The position numbers were made by a program, and so were the translations under genes. The notes under the pieces were generated by a model, which was not told the DNA's origin, made no database searches, and saw only the letters and a list, made by a program, of their open reading frames with translations. From Oscillospiraceae bacterium (GTDB taxonomy: Bacteria > Bacillota > Clostridia > Oscillospirales > Ruminococcaceae), in NCBI GenBank assembly GCA_031547945.1, contig JAVBRN010000005.1, positions 18,585 through 50,584 of the forward strand: a stretch of DNA of 32,000 nt, in the 5' to 3' direction. Numbering within the stretch: position 1 is the stretch's first letter; each line of letters begins with the position of its first letter. Below, in pieces: positions 19,886 to 30,593 of this stretch.

Positions 19886-20382
19886 TGGGCTACCAGCCGT
19901 TTCAATATGATGCCAGGCAGGCGATGATTGTCGCTAAATGGCAGGTTGGGGTGCGCAACTTTCTGCTGCCGGTCGCAGTGATCCCGTATGCGGTGCCGCT
20001 TGTGCTTGAACTGTTGCGTGTCGTCGCGGGAATGCCTGTTCCGCAACTGAACCTGTCCCCGGTGCTGCTGATCGCGGGTGCCGTATATGCGGCGCTGCTG
20101 CTCTATATTCTGTTTCGGCTGTATACCGTCGGCACGGCGCTGCAAAAGCGGAAACTGACGGTCAATTTCAGCGGTGAAACGGTTGTGATCCAGGAAAACG
20201 GCGACGCGGTGTTTCTGGCGCGCAACGAGGATATCCTCCGGATCGACTATGGAGAGCAGATCGTGCGTGTTTTGACGCAATACGATGCGGGCTGTGTGCC
20301 GCGCGCGGTGGTGCCGGACAATTTTTTAAGCGAGATGCAGGCGGCGCTGGGCGCCGATTGTCGTGCGCATCGCTGGATGTAA
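19885..20382 (+). CDS. hypothetical two-TM membrane protein with a small soluble C-terminal domain (possibly YcxB/bacterial-PH-like)
   Basis: 165 aa. The ATG overlaps the gyrB stop (TGATG). There are two hydrophobic helices (LLPVAVIPYAVPLVLELLRVVAG; VLLIAGAVYAALLLYILFRLY) and then a beta-rich ~85-aa region. The family assignment is from memory only. Confidence 0.6.
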
Positions 20383-20411
20383 TACAGGGGAATTTGACTA
20401 TAGAAAGATAG

Positions 20412-23057
<2,646 letters not shown>

Positions 23058-23063
23058 GGAAGA

Positions 23064-23100
23064 ACAGCTGCGCAGATTAATTCTGCGCAGCTGTATTTTT
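23064..23100 (+). terminator. Rho-independent terminator of gyrA
   Basis: ACAGCTGCGCAGA-ttaat-TCTGCGCAGCTGT followed by ATTTTT, 7 nt after the stop. Confidence 0.75.
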
Positions 23101-23121
23101 GAGAAAGCAGGGGAAACAGGG

Positions 23122-23541
23122 GTGGCCATTTCCAGGAAAGGGCGTCGTAAATGCATAAGACACGAATGTACTTTTTATTGGCTGGTTAAGGAGGACGAAG
23201 AAGCGGAGGGTCAAGTCTATCTGTTCCTTTATGCAGAAGACAAGACGCTGATGGTAAGATATCGGCTTGGGCAAACAAAACAAACGCCATCCCGGAGACC
23301 GGTTATCATTGTCGAAAAAGGAAAGATTAAAGGACAAAAAGATATGGGTAGGTGGAGACGCTATCTGGTGCCGGAATGGGAAGATACAATCGGGACACCG
23401 GCATTGGTTGCAGAAATTGTTGACTGGTGCTTTCAGGAGGAAGCGGTTACCGAAGTTGACTGGAGACATATCGAAGTCACACAGAGCATAGATCAAACGA
23501 GAGAAGAACCAAATCTCAAAAAACGCGTAGCTCGAAAATAA
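23122..23541 (+). CDS. hypothetical protein in a lower-GC patch
   Basis: 139-aa ORF with a GTG start and AGGGGA upstream. It has charged, non-repetitive composition and codon usage visibly more A/T-rich than its neighbours. I recognise no family. The overlapping minus-strand ORF 23077..23580 is judged a shadow. Confidence 0.45.
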   Translation: MAISRKGRRKCIRHECTFYWLVKEDEEAEGQVYLFLYAEDKTLMVRYRLGQTKQTPSRRPVIIVEKGKIKGQKDMGRWRRYLVPEWEDTIGTPALVAEIVDWCFQEEAVTEVDWRHIEVTQSIDQTREEPNLKKRVARK

Positions 23542-23569
23542 ATAATAGGGAACAAAGATCGGCGGCATC

Positions 23570-23715
23570 CTGCGCTTCAAAGCGGAGATGCAGGGGTCAC
23601 AAACCCCTTGGCAATCAGCGGCAGGGGTGAGTAAAAACGTGTCTGCCGACCAATGCCTGGAGAAAGCGGCATAGAAAAAAGGGCCGCAATAAGAAGATGC
23701 TTATTTACCCTAGGT
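23570..23715 (+). repeat. degenerate partial copy G of the structured repeat (the half that precedes the TATAAGAC end)
   Basis: GGAGATGCAGGGGTCACAAACCCCTTGGCAATCAGCGGCAGGGGTGAG aligns with GCAGATGCGGGGCACAGCCCCGCATC... of copy C, and with CCCCACGTCAATCGGGTGGCTGGGGCGGG of copy B (reverse complement). CTGCCGACCAATGCCTGG aligns with GGCCGACGAACGGAATGCCTTGG of copy E. Confidence 0.35.
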
Positions 23716-23881
23716 GGATGTACAAATAGCTCGAATAGCCGTCTTGTAATAGTCCGGGAAAACCGAAGGCATGTCATACAGACGGTGTCACACCAGTTTG
23801 ACAGAAGGACAGTTAGTCTGTAGCATCAAAGAGAGTTGTTACATTGAGTGGCAAAAAGAAAATGACATGGCAGGAGAGGGA

Positions 23882-24397
23882 ATGGATATTCGGCAAGAGA
23901 CACCGCAGGATTATGCCGCGGTTTACCTATTAATAAAAGAGGCCTTTGCCACGGCGGCCCATAGAGACGGTGACGAACAGGACTATGCCGCGGCGCTGCG
24001 GACAAAAGATAGCTTTATTCCCGCGCTGTCATTGGTTGCGGAAGAGAACGGGGAAATTGTTGGTCAGATTATGCTGACAGAGACCGAGATTGTCGACGGT
24101 ACGCGCAGACACGCCTTTTTGTTGCTCAGCCCGATCGCGGTTGCGTCCGCGCAACAAAAGAAAGGCATTGGCGCGGCGCTGATTGCGGAGAGTTTTAAAC
24201 GCGCAATGGCGCTTGGATATACAGCGGTGTTTCTTGTTGGCGACCCGTTATATTATAGGCGCTTTGGATTTTGGCCGACAATCAAATTCGGGATTCAGCC
24301 TCCGGATGGCTTGCGCGGGCACGAAGAAAATGTAATGGTCCGCGAACTGGAAGCGGGCGCGCTGCAAGGCATACATGGTGTCGCGGACATCTGCTAA
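23882..24397 (+). CDS. GNAT-family N-acetyltransferase
   Basis: 171 aa starting at MDIRQETPQDYAAV (AGGAGAGGG upstream). It has the acetyl-CoA motif QQKKGIGAALI and typical GNAT length. The upstream in-frame extension to 23771 is judged non-coding. Confidence 0.85.
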   Translation: MDIRQETPQDYAAVYLLIKEAFATAAHRDGDEQDYAAALRTKDSFIPALSLVAEENGEIVGQIMLTETEIVDGTRRHAFLLLSPIAVASAQQKKGIGAALIAESFKRAMALGYTAVFLVGDPLYYRRFGFWPTIKFGIQPPDGLRGHEENVMVRELEAGALQGIHGVADIC

Positions 24398-24412
24398 AAA
24401 AGCGAGACAGCG

Positions 24413-24439
24413 AAAAAGGATGGGGACCCCGTCCTTTTT
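24413..24439 (+). terminator. terminator of the GNAT gene
   Basis: AAAAAGGATGGG-gac-CCCGTCCTTTTT hairpin (one G-U pair) with an A-tract/T-tract, 15 nt after the stop. Confidence 0.65.
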
Positions 24440-24446
24440 CATTGCC

Positions 24447-24730
24447 GAAGAATCAACGTGTAGCGAAAAAGTGCACAAAAAAAGCCGACGGCCTAATGAT
24501 ATCCATCCCGGCCGCGCAATCAATGGGAGGGCTGCGCCCCAACAAACGGCCGCCGATGCGGGAAATTGCCGATACGGGGCTGGTTTTGTTTGTCGACCTG
24601 CTATTTCATCTTGCAGATGCGGGGCACAGCCCCGCATCCTGTCGGGCGGCTGGGTGGGGTTGCAAAGGTCGACGAAAATGGAACGCCTTGTGTATTTTTT
24701 CGTTCTCGCTTTTATAAAAAGACTTTTAAC
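24447..24730 (+). repeat. structured intergenic repeat, copy C
   Basis: Shares the identical 17-mer GCGAAAAAGTGCACAAA with copy E. It has all conserved blocks (ATGCGGGAAATTGCCGA, GCTGGTTTTGTTTGTCGACC, 10-bp hairpin GATGCGGGGC-aca-GCCCCGCATC at 24616..24638, GGAACGCCTTGTG, GTTCTCGC..TATAAAAAGACTTTTAAC). Confidence 0.8.
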
Positions 24731-24735
24731 GCGCG

Positions 24736-24764
24736 GAAAGGACGGGACATCTCGCCCTTTTTTT
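24736..24764 (+). terminator. imperfect hairpin plus T7 immediately after copy C
   Basis: GAAAGG-A-CGGG-acat-CTCG-C-CCTTT followed by further T residues (T-run 24758..24764). The stem needs one G-U pair and a 1x1 internal loop, so this is weak. Confidence 0.35.
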
Positions 24765-24907
24765 GGGAATTGCATTACAAATTGTTACGCTGATGTGTAG
24801 AAACAAAACCGCTGCGAATACTATAACAGGCGCTTAAACGGGCTGTTGTTCCGTGAATACAAAAGGCGCACCTGAACGATGATGTTTTAAGGAGAGGAAA
24901 ATACGAA

Positions 24908-25426
24908 ATGAAACGTTTTTTCACAATACTGTTGGCGGTCGCGCTTTCGTTTACTCTATTGACCGCATGTACAAAAAAACCGACAGAGGACCCAACGCCG
25001 CCGGTGGACCAGGGAACAGATAAAAACACGCCAGAGCCGACGATCAAGGCAGAAAAAGTTGAGATTATGATTGATACCGACGCCGCGATCGGGTCAATCA
25101 AAATATCTTATACCGGTGACACCTCCAAAACAACAGACAGCGCCGCGGATGCGAACCTTGCAAAGGGCGAAACAGTGACGCTGACGCTCGATAAAACAAC
25201 AACTGCCGAGGGATTTACGGTTACGGTATATGACAAAGACAATAAAGAGCTCGCAAAAAAAGAGTTTATGAAAACAGATCTGACAAATATGGAAGCGACT
25301 GTTATGCTGAAGGTCACCGATAAAGCGGGCGGCGGTATTGAAATTATGGAAAATACAACAGATGCCAACAACGGAGCGACCGAAAACGGCAACACCGATG
25401 ATCAGAATAAGAACCAAACCAGTTAA
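24908..25426 (+). CDS. small secreted lipoprotein, hypothetical
   Basis: Signal peptide plus lipobox MKRFFTILLAVALSFTLLTAC, AGGAGAGG RBS, a Thr/Asp/Lys-rich mature part, and its own terminator. It is visibly more A/T-rich than the housekeeping genes. Confidence 0.75.
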   Translation: MKRFFTILLAVALSFTLLTACTKKPTEDPTPPVDQGTDKNTPEPTIKAEKVEIMIDTDAAIGSIKISYTGDTSKTTDSAADANLAKGETVTLTLDKTTTAEGFTVTVYDKDNKELAKKEFMKTDLTNMEATVMLKVTDKAGGGIEIMENTTDANNGATENGNTDDQNKNQTS

Positions 25427-25440
25427 GCTGGCAAACAGTG

Positions 25441-25477
25441 AAAGAAACAGGCGGGCAATGGTTCCGCCTGTTTCTTT
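25441..25477. terminator. terminator of the lipoprotein gene
   Basis: AAAGAAACAGGCGG-gcaatggtt-CCGCCTGTTTCTTT followed by TTC. The symmetric A/T flanks allow function on both strands. Confidence 0.7.
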
Positions 25478-25494
25478 TTCGTCTGCCGCTATTT

Positions 25495-25760
25495 TACGCT
25501 GCAGTTATAGGAAAGAAAACAGAATGCACACAACGCGTTCCATCGTCGGCCCATGCAATCCCGCCCAGCCGACCGATGGAAAGCAGGGCTGCGCCCCGCA
25601 TCCGAAAGATGAACTAGCAGGCCGACAAACAAAACCAGCGCAGTTTCGGCAATTTCCCGCATCCGACGGCCTTTTATTTTCCGCATGGGGTTTGGGCGAG
25701 GCCCAATTTGACTGGGCGGCAGGAGTGGGTATCCTTCTTGACGAAAGGTTTTTGCACGGA
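25495..25760 (-). repeat. structured intergenic repeat, copy D (end distal to the lipoprotein gene is decayed)
   Basis: The plus strand reads ATGCACACAACGCGTTCC, GCAATCCCGCCCAGCC, GCAGGGC-tgc-GCCCCGC, GGCCGACAAACAAAACCAGC, AATTTCCCGCATCCGACGGCC, TGGGC-gag-GCCCA, GGGCGGCAGGAGTGGGTATC. By eye its closest relative is copy C, in inverted orientation. Confidence 0.75.
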
Positions 25761-26011
25761 TCCCTCTCGAAAATTGAAGCTTTGCGAGAGAATGGACGGG
25801 CAGCGGCGCGGGGCGCGTGCTGTACCTGCCAATCCTGCCGGCAGGCAGAGGTATCGGCCTGCGTTTGCCCAGATCGTTGTCGATACAATGCATTGTTTTT
25901 GGTTTCAAATGACGCCGCATGCTACGATTTGCCAGACCATTCCGCGTCAGGATGATTGCTTTTCGAGATCAAAGCTGGATAAAGGCGAAGCATTTATGCG
26001 AAAAAGTCAAT

Positions 26012-26042
26012 AAAAAAACAGCCGGTGTTCTCGGCTGTTTTT
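26012..26042. terminator. bidirectional terminator downstream of upp
   Basis: A7-CAGCCG-gtgttct-CGGCTG-T5, 14 nt beyond the upp stop at 26056. Confidence 0.7.
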
Positions 26043-26055
26043 GAACGCTTTGTGG

Positions 26056-26691
26056 CTACTTTGTGCCGAAAATCCGGTCGCCGGCATCGCCGAGGCCGGG
26101 GATGATATAGGCGTTGGCGTCTAATGCCTGGTCGAGCGCCGCACAGTAAACCGGCACATCGGGATGCTCTTGCGCCATGCGCTCGACCGCCGGCGTCGCG
26201 GCGACCAGGCAGACCAAACGCAGATCACGGCAGCCGCGCGCTTTTAAAAGTTCAATCGCCGCGGTAGCGCTGCCACCGGTTGCAAACATCGGATCAAGCA
26301 CAATTACCGTGCTTTCGGCAACATCGTCCGGCATCTTGCAATAATACTCCACGGGCTCGTGCGTGTCGTGGTCGCGATAGAGTCCGATATGTCCCACGCG
26401 GGAATGCGGCAGCAGCTTTTGCACGCCAGACACCATGCCAAGGCCGGCGCGCAGGATGGGCACAAGCGTGATGGGCTTGTCCGCCAGGACTTTGGTATGC
26501 ATCTTAGCCATGGGTGTTTCAATTTCGACTTCCTTTAGCGGAAGGTCTTTTGTCACCTCATAGACCATCAGCATCGAGACCTCGTCGACCAGCTCGCGAA
26601 AGTCTTTTGTCGAAGTGTTTTTGTCGCGCATGCGCGAAATTTTATGTTGGATCAGCGGATGGTTAAAGATAAAAGCGTTTCCCTCTTGCAT
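26056..26691 (-). CDS. upp: uracil phosphoribosyltransferase
   Basis: 211 aa with the PRPP-binding motif [14 protein letters not shown] and C-terminal [16 protein letters not shown]. Confidence 0.95.
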   Translation of the reverse strand: MQEGNAFIFNHPLIQHKISRMRDKNTSTKDFRELVDEVSMLMVYEVTKDLPLKEVEIETPMAKMHTKVLADKPITLVPILRAGLGMVSGVQKLLPHSRVGHIGLYRDHDTHEPVEYYCKMPDDVAESTVIVLDPMFATGGSATAAIELLKARGCRDLRLVCLVAATPAVERMAQEHPDVPVYCAALDQALDANAYIIPGLGDAGDRIFGTK

Positions 26692-26717
26692 ACCAAAGCC
26701 CCCATGTATTTTTTTCT

Positions 26718-26746
26718 ATTTTATCACAGCAAAAAACACGTTACAA
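26718..26746 (-). promoter_or_regulatory. candidate upp promoter
   Basis: The minus strand reads TTGTAA-17 nt-TAAAAT, about 25 nt upstream of the upp ATG region (GGGGG RBS). Confidence 0.4.
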
Positions 26747-26767
26747 CAAGAAGCCGCAACGAATTGT

Positions 26768-26800
26768 CGAACCCCATCCGGGAAAACCGGATGGGGTTCG
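26768..26800. terminator. 14-bp perfect hairpin without a U-tract, between the reductase gene and the upp promoter
   Basis: CGAACCCCATCCGG-gaaaa-CCGGATGGGGTTCG. There is no T-run on either strand. Its position fits a terminator or insulator for the reductase transcript. Confidence 0.4.
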
Positions 26801-26945
26801 TAACTTGCAAGCATATTTTGTTCTTTGATCAGGCAGGACATGGTTTGACCAAAGATGTGGTTCTGTTTTGCAGGGCGCTTGCCTTGCCTGTGTCCTATCA
26901 TACGCAGTATTTGTGAAGACGCTGTTACGGCATTATAAAGAAACA

Positions 26946-28646
26946 TTAACGATTTTTTGCAAACGCGGCGGCGGCTGTCCCTGCGACACGGCCTGTCTCA
27001 ATCACCTCTGTCAGCGATGCGCCAAAACCGGGGAACCCTTTTAGATAATAAGCCCCGTTGATTGCTTCGCCCGCCCCAAACAATCCGGCGATTGCCTTGC
27101 CGTTCGCGTCGAGCACTTCGCAGTCCTCGCTGGTGATGAGCCCGCCGAGGGTACCATAGGAGCGCAGCGTCAAGCGAACGGCGCAATAGGGCGCCTGGTC
27201 AACAGCGCCAAGGAAGCGCACGCTTTTGCCATAGGCCAAGTCTGCCTTTTTTACACACGCATTGTTATAGCTTTCTACAGTAGATTCCAGTGTGTCCATT
27301 TTCAGCGCATCGGCCAGCGCGGCGACCGATTGTGCGGTCACAACAAGATCGGTATCCAGCCCCTTGCGGATCGCTTCCCCGTAAGCCGTTGCGTCTGTAA
27401 TCAAATAAGCATAACAATAGCCGCGCGCAAGCAAGGTATTGGACAGCGCAAACGGATCAGCGGCCTCGTTGCCGATACGCTGCCCCGCCGGATCGACAAT
27501 CAGGCCGGTTGTCTGAAATATGCCGGTATCTAAGTCTTCCAGCGTGGCCATTAACGCCGCGCTCTCATAGAGAGCGGCTCCCGCGCGGCGCGCCAGAGTG
27601 AGCCCGCTGCCGTCGCTGCCAAGGCCGGACATCGAAACGCCAATCTGCAAACCATATTGTGAAAGCAGCTGCTCGCTGCGGTCAAAACCACCGGAAGCGA
27701 TGACAACCGCGTTAGACTGCACGGTTACCAAAGTTCCGGCGGCATTTTTCGAGAGTACGCCAGCGACGGTGCCATATTCGTCCAGCAGTAATTCATATGC
27801 CTCGGTATTATATAGAATCGTCACGCCGAGATCGGCTGCACAATCGAGCAACGGCTGCAGCATATTGCCGCCGCCCGTTTCTGTTTCGGCTGCCGTTTGC
27901 AGAATGCGATTGGCATTTCCGTTGGCATCGGCGGAAAGGTTATCGGAAAAAGGAATGCCCAGATGCTGCAAAAAAGCAATATTTTCCGCGCTGCGCACAG
28001 CCATCGCGACATGCCGGTGCAAATCCAATTCTGCGTCACTGTATTGAAAGAGATCGGTTGCAAACAGGCTGACGCGGTCATCCGCAAACTGTTCCTGTTG
28101 TTTTGCGGTGCCGACCGCCATTATTTTGCCGTCGCTGCGCGCGGTGGAGCCGCCGGCAACGCCTAATTTCTCCAGCACGATGACGCGTGCGCCCGCTTGC
28201 GCGGCTTCAATGGCAGCTGTCAATCCCGCGCCGCCCGCGCCCACAACCGCGACATCGCAATTGTAGTGTGTTTGTATGTCGGGGAATAGCACGGGGTTTG
28301 CGCGCAACCGGTCTATGTCGACATGCAGTTTTGTCAGGGCGGCCTCCGCACAATGAATCGTCGCAAGACTGGACACCGTCGCGCCGGATATGACGTCGAC
28401 CGAGAGGCTTTGCGCGCGATTGATCTGCGCTACCGTTTTCTCCACGGCGAGGTCGCCGATGCCTGTTGTCTCCGTATGTTTTATCACAGAGAGCTGTACG
28501 CTGCCGTTGTCGCCAACCGCAGCCTGCAGCCAAATGTTGCCGCGATATCCTGCCACCGAAGCGGTTGCCACTTTGCCGGAACAGCCACAAAGTAAAAAAA
28601 GCAGGGATAGGCATAACATAACAGCACAATGCCGGCGGTTTATCAT
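26946..28646 (-). CDS. extracytoplasmic flavoprotein reductase: lipoprotein signal, FMN-bind domain and a FAD-binding fumarate-reductase/flavocytochrome-c-like domain
   Basis: Signal/lipobox MLCLSLLFLLCGCSG. FMN_bind domain with DVISGATVSS. FAD dinucleotide fold DVAVVGAGGAGLTAAIEAAQAGARVIVLEK..AGGST. C-terminal GLFGAGE. The substrate cannot be inferred. Confidence 0.85.
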   Translation of the reverse strand: MINRRHCAVMLCLSLLFLLCGCSGKVATASVAGYRGNIWLQAAVGDNGSVQLSVIKHTETTGIGDLAVEKTVAQINRAQSLSVDVISGATVSSLATIHCAEAALTKLHVDIDRLRANPVLFPDIQTHYNCDVAVVGAGGAGLTAAIEAAQAGARVIVLEKLGVAGGSTARSDGKIMAVGTAKQQEQFADDRVSLFATDLFQYSDAELDLHRHVAMAVRSAENIAFLQHLGIPFSDNLSADANGNANRILQTAAETETGGGNMLQPLLDCAADLGVTILYNTEAYELLLDEYGTVAGVLSKNAAGTLVTVQSNAVVIASGGFDRSEQLLSQYGLQIGVSMSGLGSDGSGLTLARRAGAALYESAALMATLEDLDTGIFQTTGLIVDPAGQRIGNEAADPFALSNTLLARGYCYAYLITDATAYGEAIRKGLDTDLVVTAQSVAALADALKMDTLESTVESYNNACVKKADLAYGKSVRFLGAVDQAPYCAVRLTLRSYGTLGGLITSEDCEVLDANGKAIAGLFGAGEAINGAYYLKGFPGFGASLTEVIETGRVAGTAAAAFAKNR

Positions 28647-28677
28647 AAAAAGAGGAAATCCTTTCTTTTACTAGGCT

Positions 28678-28964
28678 GGCAAAGAACCAAAGAGGGCGAA
28701 AAAGTGCACAAAAAGATCCGATGCCGAAAGATGCCCTGCCGCCAATCAAGGTGGGCTTCGCCCCAAACCACATTGATGGAAATAAAGACCGGCGAATGCG
28801 GGAAACGGCCGATTTTATGCTGGTTTCCGTTCGTCGACCGATCATCTCATCTCTGGGGTTGGGGCGAACTCCCCATCATCGGATGACTGGGGCGGATTGC
28901 AATGGCCGACGAACGGAATGCCTTGGGCGTCGTTCTCGCGTTGTATATAAGACTTTTTTAACAC
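28678..28964 (+). repeat. structured intergenic repeat, copy E
   Basis: GGCAAAGAACC..GCGAAAAAGTGCACAAA, GTGGGC-ttc-GCCCC, ATGCGGGAAACGGCCGA, GCTGGTTTCCGTTCGTCGACC, TGGGG-cgaact-CCCCA, GGAATGCCTTGGG, GTTCTCGCGTTGTATATAAGACTTTTTTAACAC. Confidence 0.8.
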
Positions 28965-28970
28965 GTTGCT

Positions 28971-28999
28971 TTTACATCTTTATTTTATTATGTTAAAAT
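28971..28999 (+). promoter_or_regulatory. candidate promoter of the acyltransferase gene
   Basis: TTTACA (28971..28976), 17-nt spacer, TAAAAT (28994..28999), with GGGGAG RBS before the ATG at 29027. It starts 7 nt after the end of copy E. Confidence 0.45.
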
Positions 29000-29026
29000 A
29001 AGCAAAAATCATACAAAAGGGGAGCC

Positions 29027-30283
29027 ATGGAAAAGCAGCGGGCGCACGCAAAAAAGCCGAAAAGGAAAAAACGCGCACAGGAACCGCGCAAACCGTTCGG
29101 CTTGTTGTATGTCCTGGCGTGTTTTTGTTCCAGTATTTGTTTTCGGCTATTTTATCGACTAAAAACAGAGAACAGCGCAATCAAGGGGATCAAAGGGCCG
29201 GTTTTGGTGCTTTGTAATCACCAAAGCAACCTGGATTTCCTTATTATGGCGTTGACCGTTTATCCGTTGCGTCTTAATATGATGGTCACCACCTACTTTT
29301 ACCACAGCAGGGTTTTACGATTTTTATTGACAATCCTGGGCACAATTCCCAAAAAGCAGTTTGTCCCGGATCCCGGCGCCATCAAATCTGTGCTCAAAGT
29401 GATTGGACGCGGCGGCAACATCGGCATTTTTCCGGAGGGGCAGGTTTGCTATTCCGGCATGAACTGCGATATCGATGCGAGCATCGGCAAGCTGATCAAA
29501 AAACTGGGCGTTACGACGATCAATGTTGCCATCCGCGGCAATCACCTGACCTGTCCGAAATGGGCGAAAGGGCAGGCGGCTTATCGCGGCGGCGTCAGAT
29601 GTTCGGCGTCGATTCTTTTCACAAAAGAGCAAATACAGGCGCTTTCGGCCGATGAAATCACAGCGCAAACGGTGCAGGCGCTGGCCTACAATGAATATGA
29701 GTGGCAGCGCGGTGAACGGATAGACTATAAACCCAGGCTGCGCAAGACAGACGGCCTGGATATGGTGCTGCACCATTGTCCGAGCTGCGGCGCGGATTTT
29801 GCAATGCGCGCGGACAAAGACATCCTGTACTGCGAACATTGCGGCTACCGCGTGCGGCTTACAAATTACGGTTTTTTTGAGCCATGCGGGGAACAGCCGC
29901 TGTTCTATGACAATCCGGCCGCGTGGTACACCGCACAGCGCGATACCATTATAGAAAAACTGCAGACCGGCAGGTTGCTGCCGATTGCAAGTCCTTGCGC
30001 CTTATATAAGACGATGGAGGGCAAGCATGGCTATACCCGCTGTGGTGCGGGCACGATGACGTTGGATGACACCGGCTTGTCCTTTGAAGGAACAAGCGAC
30101 GGCGCACCGCTCCGGTTTAAGACGCCGTATGAACACCAGACCCATATGCCGCACAGCGCGGTCTACTGCGCAATCGATGTGCATGGGAACGAACAAAACT
30201 ACGCGCTTGCACCGACGGAAGGTCGACTGATGCTGCACATCGTTGAATCTTATGCGCAGGCGCGCAAACAATTTATGGGATAG
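29027..30283 (+). CDS. PlsC-type (lysophospholipid/1-acylglycerol-3-phosphate) acyltransferase with a C-terminal domain containing a Cys4 zinc-ribbon
   Basis: HX4D motif NHQSNLD, FPEG motif, an N-terminal basic region plus TM helix, and CPSCG...CEHCG in the C-terminal half. Confidence 0.8.
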   Translation: MEKQRAHAKKPKRKKRAQEPRKPFGLLYVLACFCSSICFRLFYRLKTENSAIKGIKGPVLVLCNHQSNLDFLIMALTVYPLRLNMMVTTYFYHSRVLRFLLTILGTIPKKQFVPDPGAIKSVLKVIGRGGNIGIFPEGQVCYSGMNCDIDASIGKLIKKLGVTTINVAIRGNHLTCPKWAKGQAAYRGGVRCSASILFTKEQIQALSADEITAQTVQALAYNEYEWQRGERIDYKPRLRKTDGLDMVLHHCPSCGADFAMRADKDILYCEHCGYRVRLTNYGFFEPCGEQPLFYDNPAAWYTAQRDTIIEKLQTGRLLPIASPCALYKTMEGKHGYTRCGAGTMTLDDTGLSFEGTSDGAPLRFKTPYEHQTHMPHSAVYCAIDVHGNEQNYALAPTEGRLMLHIVESYAQARKQFMG

Positions 30284-30290
30284 GATGGAT

Positions 30291-30593
30291 TTATGCGGCG
30301 ACGATTCCCGCTTGCATTGCCTGAAAAAAGGGAAGCAGCATCGAACGATAGTCGACATCAATCGTCTGTGCCGCGAATGTTTGCTGATAAACTATAGTAT
30401 TTGTTTCAAGCCGGACGACTTCCAGCAACAGTTCGCCGGTTTCCAAAACGGTCACGCGTCCGGCGCAGGGGTCGGACATAAAATGGATTGAGCCGGCTTG
30501 TGTCTCGGTTACGCTCACATGCTCAATCGCAATGTCACTTAAAAGCAAAAAGTCGGTTTGCCGCATCAGCCAGGTCAAAAACGGGATCATCAT
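30291..30593 (-). CDS. hypothetical protein (~100 aa)
   Basis: ORF with an ATG at 30593 preceded by GGAGG at 7-nt spacing. The listed start at 30635 is GTG with no RBS. It converges on the acyltransferase gene with an 8-nt gap. I recognise no family. Confidence 0.5.
   Translation of the reverse strand: MMIPFLTWLMRQTDFLLLSDIAIEHVSVTETQAGSIHFMSDPCAGRVTVLETGELLLEVVRLETNTIVYQQTFAAQTIDVDYRSMLLPFFQAMQAGIVAA

Noticed and set aside
23077-23580. 167-aa minus-strand ORF overlapping the 23122..23541 plus-strand ORF.
   Set aside because: It would run head-on into the gyrA terminator and its product is Phe/Cys/Leu-rich. The plus-strand ORF has a plausible RBS and follows the local transcription direction. 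Neither can be proven from sequence alone.
24556-24717. Candidate small ORF inside the repeat, starting ATGCGGGAA (MREIADTGLVLFVDLLFHLADAG..., 53 aa in copy C). Similar ORFs occur in B (5041..5226, minus strand), D (inside 25489..25920, minus strand) and E (inside 28721..28996).
   Set aside because: Copy A has CTG instead of the ATG. Copy B is frame-shifted relative to C and D in the middle, through non-3n indels that happen to compensate. C-versus-D differences are mostly non-synonymous by my count. The SD-like sequence (AAAGG) is weak and is absent in C. Open frames of this length are expected in GC-rich sequence. It is still worth a tblastn or Ribo-seq check.
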